A DNA stretch of 64,000 bases from the NCBI GenBank assembly GCA_964187785.1, contig OZ076413.1, forward strand, positions 49,416,001 to 49,480,000, written 5' to 3'. The DNA is from Amphiscolops sp. MND2022. Taxonomy: Eukaryota. The notes under the pieces are model-generated. The model saw nothing but the letters and a program-made list of their open reading frames with translations. It had not been told where the DNA came from and did not search any database. The translations under genes and the position numbers were made by a program. Shown piece by piece: positions 46,976 to 64,000 of the stretch; the stretch's first letter is position 1; each line of letters opens with the position of its first letter.

Positions 46976-47978
46976 TTATTTTATGCAATTTCAACGGTTG
47001 TCATTTCAACCTATTGCATTTTCAATCTTCCGCAATTTCGACCTAAACTCATTTGGCTGATGGATCGTAATTAGTTAAATAGGATAGTTTAGGTGCTTTT
47101 TATTCTCATACATTTCTTAATTCAAATAGGCTATTTTTACACCAGTTTTGATACGTTTTGGCTTCATGAATAATTACATTTAATCAAGGCTGTTTGATGC
47201 ATTACTTACTATGATACTGAAATATTAACTCAACCGAATTAGAACGAAATAGTTAAAAATGCAATAGGTTGAAATTGTGAGCATAGGTTGAGATTGCATA
47301 TGTTGAAGTTGAAATGTCATGTAAGCGTTTCGCCAACACTTAAATTAATGCAATTGGCCGGATCTAAGGTTGATAATATGGGAAACAAGCCGGAACTCCA
47401 AGTCTGCGACCATGCCTAAGGTTCGAAAAGAGCAAAGTTTTGAAATAAAATATTGAAGGAATAATTATTATGAAATTTTTCTAACATCATTCAGTGCCGG
47501 AAAATACCCGAAAAGGTACCCTTGAGACTCGAAAGCAGGTTTTTGTGGATTGGAAAAATCAGAAAAACCCAAATTTTGAATTTTCTTCAAATTTTCGAAA
47601 AATCGCATAGTGCCGAAGAACCCAAAAAGAGACCCTTGAGGCTCGTTAAGCGCTTTTTCTAAACCGAAAACTACAAAATCGCCCGGCGCGAAAACTCAAT
47701 GATGGGTTTTTCGTCTCATTTGTTCTTGCGAAAATCAAAAAAATTGCCTATCCTGGGATTCGAACTCACGCACCCTTGCTTTACATCCACGCACTCTTCA
47801 TCCATAGCATCTAGTCTGACGTCAGGTGAAATTGTATGATAAAAGTGGACGTTTTCTTATGACTGAAGAAAAACTTGCCACTGTTCTTTTGCCTCCTACT
47901 TTTATCTTTGCAGTAGCTCTGGGTTATTCTCACCGCGAATGAACGCCTGAAATGACAGTACAAGAAATTACTTTTCTA

Positions 47979-48451
47979 TAGTGTTGTTAAAAATCTTGAT
48001 TTTATTTAAAAAATCAAAAATATCCGATTTTTCTGATAAAAATCTGATAGTTATCAAAAAATCCGATAAAAATAAGGTTGGGCAGAAACAATTGAATTAC
48101 GTGTAAGTCAGTGACAAAATAACAAACATGAAACACTCAGAACTTTGAAACAAAGTTTTCCCGCTTTGTGAACACACTCTCCGACGTTCAGTTGAAAGAT
48201 TACGTAAGGTAATGATTACGTAATCGGAGTATGTCAGCGAAGTTGAATAAACTAATGAATTTATTTTAAAAAATCTGATAGTCTTCCAATTTATCAATCG
48301 GTTAGCTGAGCGGTCGCCTAATTGAGCTAGACCCGATCAGGCCTGCAAGCTTCGTATTTGATTTTAATCAGTGATAATGAAAACTGAGTTTGATAATTAT
48401 CTTGATTTTTATCATTGATATTTATCAATTGATTTTTATCTAGCAACACTA
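47979..48451. mobile_element. hAT-type MITE
   Basis: tagtgttg...caacacta TIRs; perfect 8-bp TSD cttttcta. Confidence 0.88.
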
Positions 48452-50398
48452 CTTTTCTAGTTCAACTGTCGGTTTTTTTCTGACCGCCACTTTCTCCTCA
48501 TACAGGATTTGTCGGTACCGGTCCTCGTCAAAAAAATTGTCTCCTTTTTTGTCAATATGCTGTCCTGAAGAAAAAAATGAAACCTTTTCAATACTTGAAA
48601 ATAGTTTAGCCCTTGGGTCACTCTGCCTATAAGCACTTGAGCGCAGTGTTGAAAATGCTTTGAACTCCTATCTTGCTTTCTGATTTCCCTATTTTGCTAT
48701 CTCCTTTTTGCTCCTATGAAAAAGGAAAGGATTATCTCGGACTCAAAAAACAATTTTGGGTAAAATTAGAAAAATGAAATATTCAGTCCTCCAAAAAATA
48801 AAGTTTTTTGAACACTCTTTGGAAAACATTTTTGTTCCCTACAGAGTTCTTTTGTGAAACTTAAGCGGTCAAGTTAATTGAGAAGCAACATTGATTTCGT
48901 ATAAAATGGCGGAAAATTCAGGACGTTCCAAATTATGTAAAATCCGGCAGAATATCACTAGGTACAGTAAGATGCTAGTGTTATACGTTAATGTTTGATA
49001 TTTTACTTGTCTCATGATTCTTCCACGCTTGACTGATTTTTGAAGTTTTCTGGATTGACCGCAAATAGAGTTGATAAGACTTCTTGCGTTTTCAGTGCTT
49101 TTCACTCTTTTAAAGTTAAATTTTCAATTTGATTAAAACAATGTAGGGAAGCGTAAAAATATGACCAGTTATTCCTTCCCAACTACGGTTCGGTTGACCA
49201 TTTTACCATTTTCGTTTCAGTGTTAAGTTAATTCAGATTTTTCGAAATGCAAGGCCATTCCGAAGCTCCTGTACTTTTAACAAACTTAATTTCTTTTGAA
49301 CTCGTTTCTCTAATTTGCATAAATTTTCACTCTTGCTGGTGTTTCGGACCATTGTATCCCGTCAACCCAGGTGTTTTGTGCCAATGAAGTAATTTAGGCT
49401 ATATTCAAGTTTGTACTTTAATCACCATTACTCCTAACTAGTTTTAATAGCCAATTTAATCTCATTAACAATGCCCCAGTAGCTGCAGGCTACCCTTTGA
49501 ATGAATGATTGGCACTGATTAACTTAATTATGGATGACGATGTTGAGTTGTGGAATTAGAGGGATGAGTGGATCTCTTGTTGTGTCTGCTCAATGGGAGG
49601 GCATCCTGGTAGGCAGGTACCAACTAGTTTAGTAGCTACTACTAGCCAGTAGATGAGGGGAGGGAGTCTGCAGCAGTATTTTCTGGCCCACTGGGGCGAG
49701 TACTCTTTGAGGTGAAAAGCAGTGGTGTGAAAAATTAAACTGGGCAGTCTTAAGTTGGCTTGTAAAACTTTTGAGGAGGCTAGTTGGGGTAGTTATTCAT
49801 TCCAGTTGCCGTTGTTAGTCAGTTTTGGGGAAGAATTGAGAAGGGAGCAGGTCTGGAAATGTGAGAGAAAAGGAGGCTGTGATAGCGTGCAATTACAGGT
49901 AGCAAAGCAATCGGCAGATATAACATTAATTGCCTATTGCATAAATGCAATACAGTTTTGAGTAAAAACTCTAATCCCCAATATATTTTGCCGAGACAAA
50001 CTTTCACTCCAAGAGGCATCAATTTTAATTCCAATGAAATAAATTCAGCATACATTTTAATCCCCAGGACTTTTGTGTATGCGCTCGATTTTTATTGGCT
50101 GGAATGGCTGAAAAATATTTTGTGGCGGCAACGGTGGAGCCACTTAAATTCCTTGTTTCGCTTCTGTTCCATTCTTGATAGAATTGGGTCCCCATTGGGT
50201 CGTACAAACTTCGATTCATTCTTCTCTCGCTGCACCCAAGAGATCGCCTTAATACTTGTTTGGTTGTGAAGACCAGTCACCAGACCTAAACACAAGACAC
50301 CGTTGCATCCTCGCTTGCACCGTGCAAGGCACCACGGCGCAAGACACATCTCAAGGCAAAGTAAAAGAAAGAAAAGAAGAAATAAGTTAAAATCCCTA

Positions 50399-56172
<5,774 letters not shown>

Positions 56173-59100
56173 TGAAAAAAAAAATGCGCCTCATAAAAAT
56201 CGACACAGTCTTTGATGCGGAAGCATTATAATATACGAAAATTCCAAAGTTCAAGACAAATGTTTGGGTTTCGTTTTCAATTCGTTTGCGTTGGAGTAAT
56301 CAAGTACCCTTGCTCTGTTTTTGAATGTCTTCCAGACAAAAAAGTAATCATTTTCACGTAGCACATAGCTTTTCATCGAGGATCTTCAAATTTCCTTATT
56401 CAAAAAAAAACGCGGCTCATTTTGGAATGCGAAGTGGACTCAAATCAGACTTTTCTGCAGTTTTTTCTGACTTTGCGATGATGCAGACACATGATCAACG
56501 GAGTTCGCTGTATCGTCACATGTGAATGGATGTCATAATAGAAGTTGAGCATTTGGCTGTCTCTGCGTTAGAGCTTCAATATGAAATGCGTATGTTTTGA
56601 ATGTTGCGCTGCTGACGCAAAAGTGAACATTCTTTAGAGTTAACAGTCATTTGACTCTTCATTGAAATGAGCTTCAGGTGGAAATTGTTTGATGGTACTT
56701 TGTTGAGAGAGAATGCATAATTTTGGGGATTCCCCAGGTAGCGACAATTAGTACAATTATACCTGATGACTTTGTCGCCGCTGTGTAATGACATTGCATC
56801 GTAAATCACAACAGCTTCCGTCGCCAATGCTCTCACGGCCCCTGCTTTTCACAACACTACTACCCGTAAATGTCGAAGCAGGGGAGTCCGCTGAATAAGA
56901 ATAGAAACAAGAATAAGAATAAAAAGCGCGGGGATGTTGAAGGGTAAATATTATGGCGGCGAAAAAAATGGATATAGAAAACTAGAGAAAAACACTTGAC
57001 TTTGTATCTTTCACCTAACTACCGATCTCCCAATTATTTGTATTTTGCATTTCACCTCCGTTAACTTTAGCTTCACTTCTCGAATGCTTTGCTTCTTTTT
57101 CTCCGTTGTTCATGTTGTTATTCTACTTGATAATAGGCCCAGCTATAGAATCCGTTGTGCATGCACCGCTACACTGTCTAGTCTGGCATCAACAAAGTTG
57201 AAATACTTTTTGTAGTGTGCTCAATTGTTGTTTGTTGTTAATGTTGTGCTAAAATGCAAAAAACGGCACAATAATTTCACCATTATTACGGTGCTGCATT
57301 CTTTTAGTTCAAAGTACTTTTCTAACTTGAATTAGTCAATGACAGCAAGCGCCGGTGGGGTGAAAGTATACATTGTACGACACATGTCGGGTTTTTTAAA
57401 GCGAAAAATGCCACATTTTCCATTTTATGCTGAAATTTTACTGCTGGGACAATCATAGGATAAATTTCATCTGAAAAATTTTGTAAAATTTATTTAAATT
57501 ATTTCTCCGAAAACGTATTTTTCCAAAAAAGTTTTTCGAGTCTTTTTCATGACAAAAATTACATCAATGTTTCATGAAATCAATCTATTTCCAAGCACGT
57601 AACGAGTTATTAATTTCGCAATTAATATCGCCTGTCTATATTCGAAGTTCTTTTACTCGTCGCCATTAGAATCAAATCACCGACGAACGGTCCGGTTTTA
57701 CACTTCCGTGTTTTGCCATTGCCTATTAGAATGACTTGATTTATTCGTCTCGAAATGAGCTGCTTTGAATAGAATTGCATTGAAAGTTTGTTTTATTGGG
57801 TTAGTATCTGGGTTATGGATCTTAACTTAGCGTATTATTGAACTGCATTTGAACATCAAGGTGTTGCTCGAAAAGCAGCAGCAACAGCGGCGGGTCAGAA
57901 CTTTGAATATAAGGTGCTCCTCCAATTGAAAAGCTAGGCTGAGAGCTTTGCGGGTGGTTTTTCAAGTTTATACTTTTTGTTGTCCTGTGAGCTGTAGAAT
58001 ACTTTGAAAAGAGCCAAGTAGGGGAAGACTAGAGGTGTATGGAATTCATTTAGCGAATTAGAAAGAAATGAAATAAATTTACTTATCAAATGGATATCAC
58101 TTTTCAGCCCAACTTAATACAAACAATTTGGATTTGGAGAGCGTTAGATGTTTAATTTGAGAAACAATGCTCTGTGCTATTTCCAAATAAAGAAAGTAAT
58201 TGAATTGAATTGGCCTTTTTTCAAAGTATACAGCCTCTATTGACATGCGAGCGTCATTGCGACTGCAGTATCGATGAGGAAGCAAAATTTAATTTCCAAA
58301 GTGGCCACTGGCCGGCCACCGAAACTCACAAATTTGCTTTTCCATCCGCCGATCGGATCGGATCCGATCAAAAATTGTTGAAGTATTATCCTAGTTGACT
58401 AACCAAATAACTCGCAAAACAACCATTTTTTATCCCACCCAGGCCTTTTTGCTCTGTATTTCGCCTTTTTGTGGAATGTAACCGTTCATAGATGCTGTAT
58501 ATTGAATTATAAGTAATTTTGTAGTGTATATTATTAGTTTAGAGTAGTAATAGCCGGATGAAATAGCTGGTTGATATTTTTGATTAATAGCTGAATGAAA
58601 AAGGATATTTTGCAGTAGCATTTGGCAGTATTGTAATTGCGACATTTTGTATTACCTGCTGGTCTTTTCTATTACATGGCGTTGGGGCTTTTCGGTGCTA
58701 CAACTGCTTCGGCAGCAGTGGTTGTCTTTTTAGCTTATCAGGCTTTTATTCCATTAAGTAGTAAAGTTAATATTTACGATAAGACTCTTGAGAGATGGTC
58801 TCAGGTGGAAAATCTTGTTCAAGATAAACAGTGATTAATCTCGTTTCTTCTTGTTCCTCCACCAGACATTTTAGTGCCCTGCTTCTTCCAAACCCATCTC
58901 CTATCTTAATGGAGAAGAGCGGCGCACGACCACACAACGACCAGATCCATCCCAGCCAACCAACTAACTAACTAACCAACTAGTTCCCATCTAGCCACAA
59001 CCTCAACATCATTTTCATCTATGACGTGTCTCTTTCTAAGCTAAAGGCTGCCGCTTCAACTCTCAACGTAACTGTGACTGGATAGAGGGGAGGGGTACAT

Positions 59101-59209
59101 AGATATAACATCCTCCTCAGTTTGAGGTACCACGAGAACTCGTATCAGTACCATGAGTGCTGCTGACCCATTAGACCAATTAATTACCATTTGATTGCTA
59201 ACTGATTAC

Positions 59210-59646
59210 TAGGGCAACCGCGATTTGCCCTTTATTTTTTAAAATTTTGCCCTTTATTTGCCGCCCTTTATTTTAAAATTTGCCCCTTATTTGCCCTTTA
59301 TCGGCACGCGTTTGAAAGCGAGAATTCAACAAAAAAAGTCAAATTCGTTTATTAAAGTGAAATGTTACAATAAATGCAAATGTAATTCTCGATATTTGTA
59401 ACGTCAAAAATACGGTCTTTGGCTAGCATCTTATTGAGTTTGCTAAATGGTTATTTCTGAGAAATGTGTATGCTTCTACACAAACTCGGGGCGACTCGTA
59501 TTTCTCAGAAAAGGGGTGATTTTATACGAAAAAGTAAAAGATTCGAAGTATTTTGCCTTTTTTGCCTTTTATTAAACTTTTTGCCCCTAACCCGCATTTC
59601 TGCCCTTTTTGCCCCTATTGCCCTTTTGCCCTTTTTGGTTGCCCTA
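59210..59646. mobile_element. Intronic hAT-type MITE
   Basis: tagggcaacc...ggttgcccta TIRs; perfect 8-bp TSD ctgattac; tgccc subrepeats. Confidence 0.9.
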
Positions 59647-62600
59647 CTGATTACTAACCACAAATGTTCCCCGCTCTTTATCGGGCATTCTTACCTCAGC
59701 TTGGCTACAGTATCTTGGCTTTCAGATTTTCTCAAAGTTTTTGCTCTCTGATGAAAGTAATGGAGTATTTGAGATTTCGTAGGTACGACTGAGAAACAAG
59801 ACTGAGGTAAAATCAGATGTGTATTTTTGGACTTTATAACTTTTCAATTATTTTTTCAAGCTGAATTGAATTTTCGGAGCTCAAGGAAAAAAGTGACTGA
59901 CTATTTGAATTTATATCTGTTGCATTTGTGGGGGAACAAGCAAGGTGAATTAATTACATGTAAAAGGAAGAGTAGAGCAAGAGCATTTTGATCACGCAAG
60001 TGCAACAAATTTTCCCGGGGCGAATTGTTCTATCCAAAAATTGCATGTCACATTTCATTAGCTCTTAACTGTTAGCTACAGCATGAACTTGATGTAAACA
60101 AACTCGACAGCTAATTTAAGGTCCACACATTCCCTTACACGCATCGTATATGCATAAACATACCCACAACTCTACTATACTGCTACTCACTACTGCCGAT
60201 GCCCTCTCGGAGAACATTCAGTCCGCTGGGTACCTCCCATAACCCCTACCCCACACATAAACATACATACGCGTCTTACCCGGCCGCTGTTTAAGGGTGT
60301 TAATTTACTGAAAGGAACACAAGAATACCCTTCTAACTACAGTAACCGCTGATACTTTCACAACTTATCTAATATACTCCGTTTCAATTTCGAACAGTCA
60401 TCATGTTCTCAAATTTAAAGAGAATGTCGATCGAGTTTATAAGAACGTCGTTATTCAATAGCTTCTAGCCCGGGGCGCATGAAATGAGATGAACAGTAGT
60501 CCCATATGGGCAACTAGCCAATCCAAATGAGCATAGATGTAATACTACTCCCAGAAGACTTGAAAATATCTACAGATTGACCGTACCTTTCCGCTCACTA
60601 GTTGAGGCTGTACTCACATAAAGGGCCTCTGCTAAATTCCCGCCAAGAAACTGGCTGACAGCAAAATGTGGCAATTACAATGCTCTCTCCCATTTCGAGT
60701 GTCACTCGAGGAATTGACTCGTCTGGTAAACAATACTTTCTTTTGTTGCCCCAATTTTAATCAAATTTTCACGCCTAGTCCTTTCTCCTTAATTCTGGCG
60801 TACCGCAAGAAACTTATGAAAAATGTAGCGAACGTATAATTATTTCCTAGGAAATTATAGAAGCGTTTTGATTAAAATGTAAATTTCAATTTGGTATTGA
60901 AAACGTCAATAAACTGCAATTGGTAGTTTTTCATTTCAAATTTTTTATTGGTTCTGTCTGACTCAGTCATTTTTTTCGGGATGGTGCTTTCTGGGAATGT
61001 CCTAGTTTTCAGACTGTTCACAGGTGTTCACATTTTTAAATGCATGTTCAAGGTCTCTCACACGTTTTGCTTTTCATGATACGTAGAATCGGATGCGCAA
61101 GTTTGATTTCCTTCAAGATTCACTTCATGCTTATTTTGGAATTTCAATGAAACTTTGTTGCCTGTTTTCACGCTGGAGCAGAAAGCTGCTATTCTGTGAA
61201 TTTCAGTGAAGATTTAAATTTAACTTCCAAAAAATCCGAATCGTGATGCTGAATTCTAAATTCTAAAATTCGCTTTTAGGAAAAATTGTGGGATTATTTT
61301 GTCTTTCATATCTAGTGTAACTTGCAGAAACAAGATAATGTGATGTGGATATAGTAAGACTGTGAAAGTTCAGCAACGCTAGTTTTTTTCTGCGTGTGAA
61401 TGGAAGCAAAGTAAGATTTATAAGTCAGTTATAACTAGTGGAGCGAATCGAGCTTCTTTGCAGTCGGAGCTGATCCCACACAAAAAGTGGAAGACTTGCT
61501 TTTTCTGCTCATCACCTAGAAAGATATACCTCCAGTAGAAGGAAGCATATAATAAACACAAACACACTATTACTACAAAGCACATTAGAATAGAAGGAAG
61601 GCAAAGTTAGATATTGAATGGATGAGGAAAGAAGTGCCGTATAAGTATACTGGGATAAAAGCAGAATAGACTGTTATTTATTTGGTTCAGCAGAATGGGG
61701 AAATCTGAAGCAAAGAGGTTTTTGGGTAGTCGTCACGGGTGTTTGTAAGTCGTGTCTGCCGTGTCGTGCCGTAACTGCTTACGCAATAGTTATCTAACAG
61801 TAGTAAGATGGGGTAAGTAGTAAGTGGCTGAGGTGTTGGGTTAGTAGGGGTAACTGTGGGGGTAGTGGGGTAACTGAGTGCTCGGTTGGGTGCGTTTATA
61901 TTAAAAGAGCACTGGAGCAGCACCAGTCTTCTGCGAAGCGCCCGTGCATTTACCTGTGAACATAATTAACTTTCAACTGCGCATTCATAAACTCATAAAA
62001 TATAAACGCACGCGCTAGAATTAAAGTCACTCGCTACCCTCTCTCGCCACGCACGCCTCGCGATACCCTCTGATCACAGTCACGCCACAACTTTGCTTGC
62101 TCTATACAGCTCCTGCTGGTATAAAATACCCGCATCAAACAAGCACAAAATTAGATCAATCCCCTAATATTCTAAACACTACCCAAAACCCTGCAAAATC
62201 ACATAAAAGTTTAGGAGCGGATAATTTTTCCATGGAAAAATTTGTGACTTTTTGTATCTCAGAATAATGATGGTTCATGAAATATTTCGACATTTTTTTG
62301 AATGACGTGAAAAGTAAGCATGTTCCATTTTTGGAGGCGTTGGAACAAGAATTCCGGAAAGTGGTAAGCATGAAGGTTTTCACTGTTGTCAATCCTGTGA
62401 ACTGAGTGTGAACATATGATTGAATGTCAGTCGTTTTTGAATTTGAGTAGAAATGAAAGAAACGCGAAAATAAGAAAAAGCCGACGAGATGAAAGTGACG
62501 TGAAATTGTTGGCGTTAAAGGAAGACTCTAATTTTGAAAGGTGACTCGGTGGATTTAGTGTTGAATTGTTGTACTAAGTCTGGAATTAGAGAAATTCTAG

Positions 62601-64000
62601 ATAGAATCAATTTCAATGTTGCGAAATTCGAGCCCCTAACTCCGTTTTCAATCAGCTCTCAAGATAAATAAAGAACAACATGCGGGCGTTTGTATACTCC
62701 AGAGTCTGAGCACTTTCAGTAGTCGCCGTCTACCTAAACAGACATTGTGTGGCAGTATGATGATTGATTTCACAGAAAATAACGAAATGAAGGATCGGAA
62801 TCTTGAACGGGCTATGACATGAAATGTTGAAACCATCTAGTTTGTAACCCGAGTGAAAGGAAGACTCCAAATTAGCGAGTTTCTTGTTTGTAATTATTAA
62901 TTTTGCAGACGTTTTTCCTAATATAAACGTTACTTTCCATTTTGACGTACAAAAAACGTAGACTGCCATGTTTGATGTCTTTTTCAAATTCCCAAAGTTT
63001 GCTATGACGAGCACCGATACATGGAGAACTAAATCCGAGCATTGATTTATAATAGGAAAATGGAACGACTATATTCTTTTATGTGGGGTTAGGGATCCCA
63101 AGTCAAGCAAATGAGCATGAGATGGGACAGAGGCAACAGGTTGTGGTAGGATCGGGGAAGAAGGAAAGGAAAAGAAAGCAAAGACTTGGAATAGTTGGCT
63201 GAATGTTAGATTAGATTTAGATTGGAGTGTGTAATTAACTGTGAAGAAAAAGAATAGTAATGAAGTTAGTGGCTGCAAATTGAATTGCGGGCTCGTCGAC
63301 ATGGCCGTGGTATCAAAATAAGAAGCAAACATTAGGTATTCAAATTGAATTACAGTCAAAATGCTGCATGATTTGTTAGCTAAAAGCGCCCAAGTATTCC
63401 ACACAAATTATGAGGCACAACTACAACACAACAACCAACAAATCGCAACAACACTCAACTCACTCCACAAATCAACTCCACTCAAATGCTGCTGCTGCTG
63501 TGGCTGTTTTTTACTAACCAGAAAACACTGGCCCAATCTTGGCATCTCACAATCCAGTTTTCTCACCCCCCCCTTTACACATCATGCATGTGTGAGATCT
63601 CAAATACATCCATGCTCTTCAATGTATCATTTCTTTTTTCATCATTGCATAGTTCATTCCTATGTTGCAACTTGCTCCATCGGCTGCTAATTGTTGTTTC
63701 CCCTGTTGTGCCGTGTTGTTTTTATGATCTAAGTTGGATTGGCTTGAGTTGAAAGAGATGATAATATTATTGTGAAATAAGTAGATGTTGATTCAATAAA
63801 GAATTCACCTGAATACCAAATAGTCAGCGCTCCTAACATCTACTTCTCTCTCTCTCAGTCCCAGAGGACCCACTGCCTAATTAGACACACGATCATTGCG
63901 AAGAATGAAAGCAACCGAAAGAAATGAGAGCAAAAGCTAAACACCAAACTGTTGAGGGGAGAAGAATCTGAAATGAAATAAAAACGAAAAAAGAATTGAA

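Noticed and set aside
47745..47830. tRNA-like B box (gggattcgaac) on the minus strand
   Set aside because: No convincing cloverleaf; probably a repeat-borne remnant.

Overview
Repeat-rich animal (invertebrate) genomic DNA; the species cannot be determined from the sequence alone. Positions 1-17080 hold a young Ty3/Gypsy-type LTR retroelement with a 13,628-bp period: 1-3452 recurs almost identically at 13629-17080. It encodes gag, a -1 frameshifted pol (PR, RT, RNase H) and integrase. It also carries two accessory genes transcribed divergently. One is an antisense, five-exon gene with four phase-1 GT-AG introns encoding ~1094 aa, which looks like a hAT transposase that has lost its catalytic residues. 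The other is a 186-aa sense ORF followed by regularly spaced GGCCTG motifs. This cassette is the most novel-looking system in the window. Positions 17-49 kb are a nest of MITEs, decayed LINEs (APE-type and CRE-like), a tRNA-LTR mini-retrotransposon, an 81-bp satellite with a 7-mer higher-order repeat, an assembly gap, a BEL/Pao fragment, an H2A pseudogene fragment, a near-complete L2/CR1-group LINE, a hAT element and Helentron/DINE-like elements. From 50399 lie the first four coding exons of a COE/EBF (collier) gene, which continues beyond the window. All family assignments are by visual motif recognition, not database searches.
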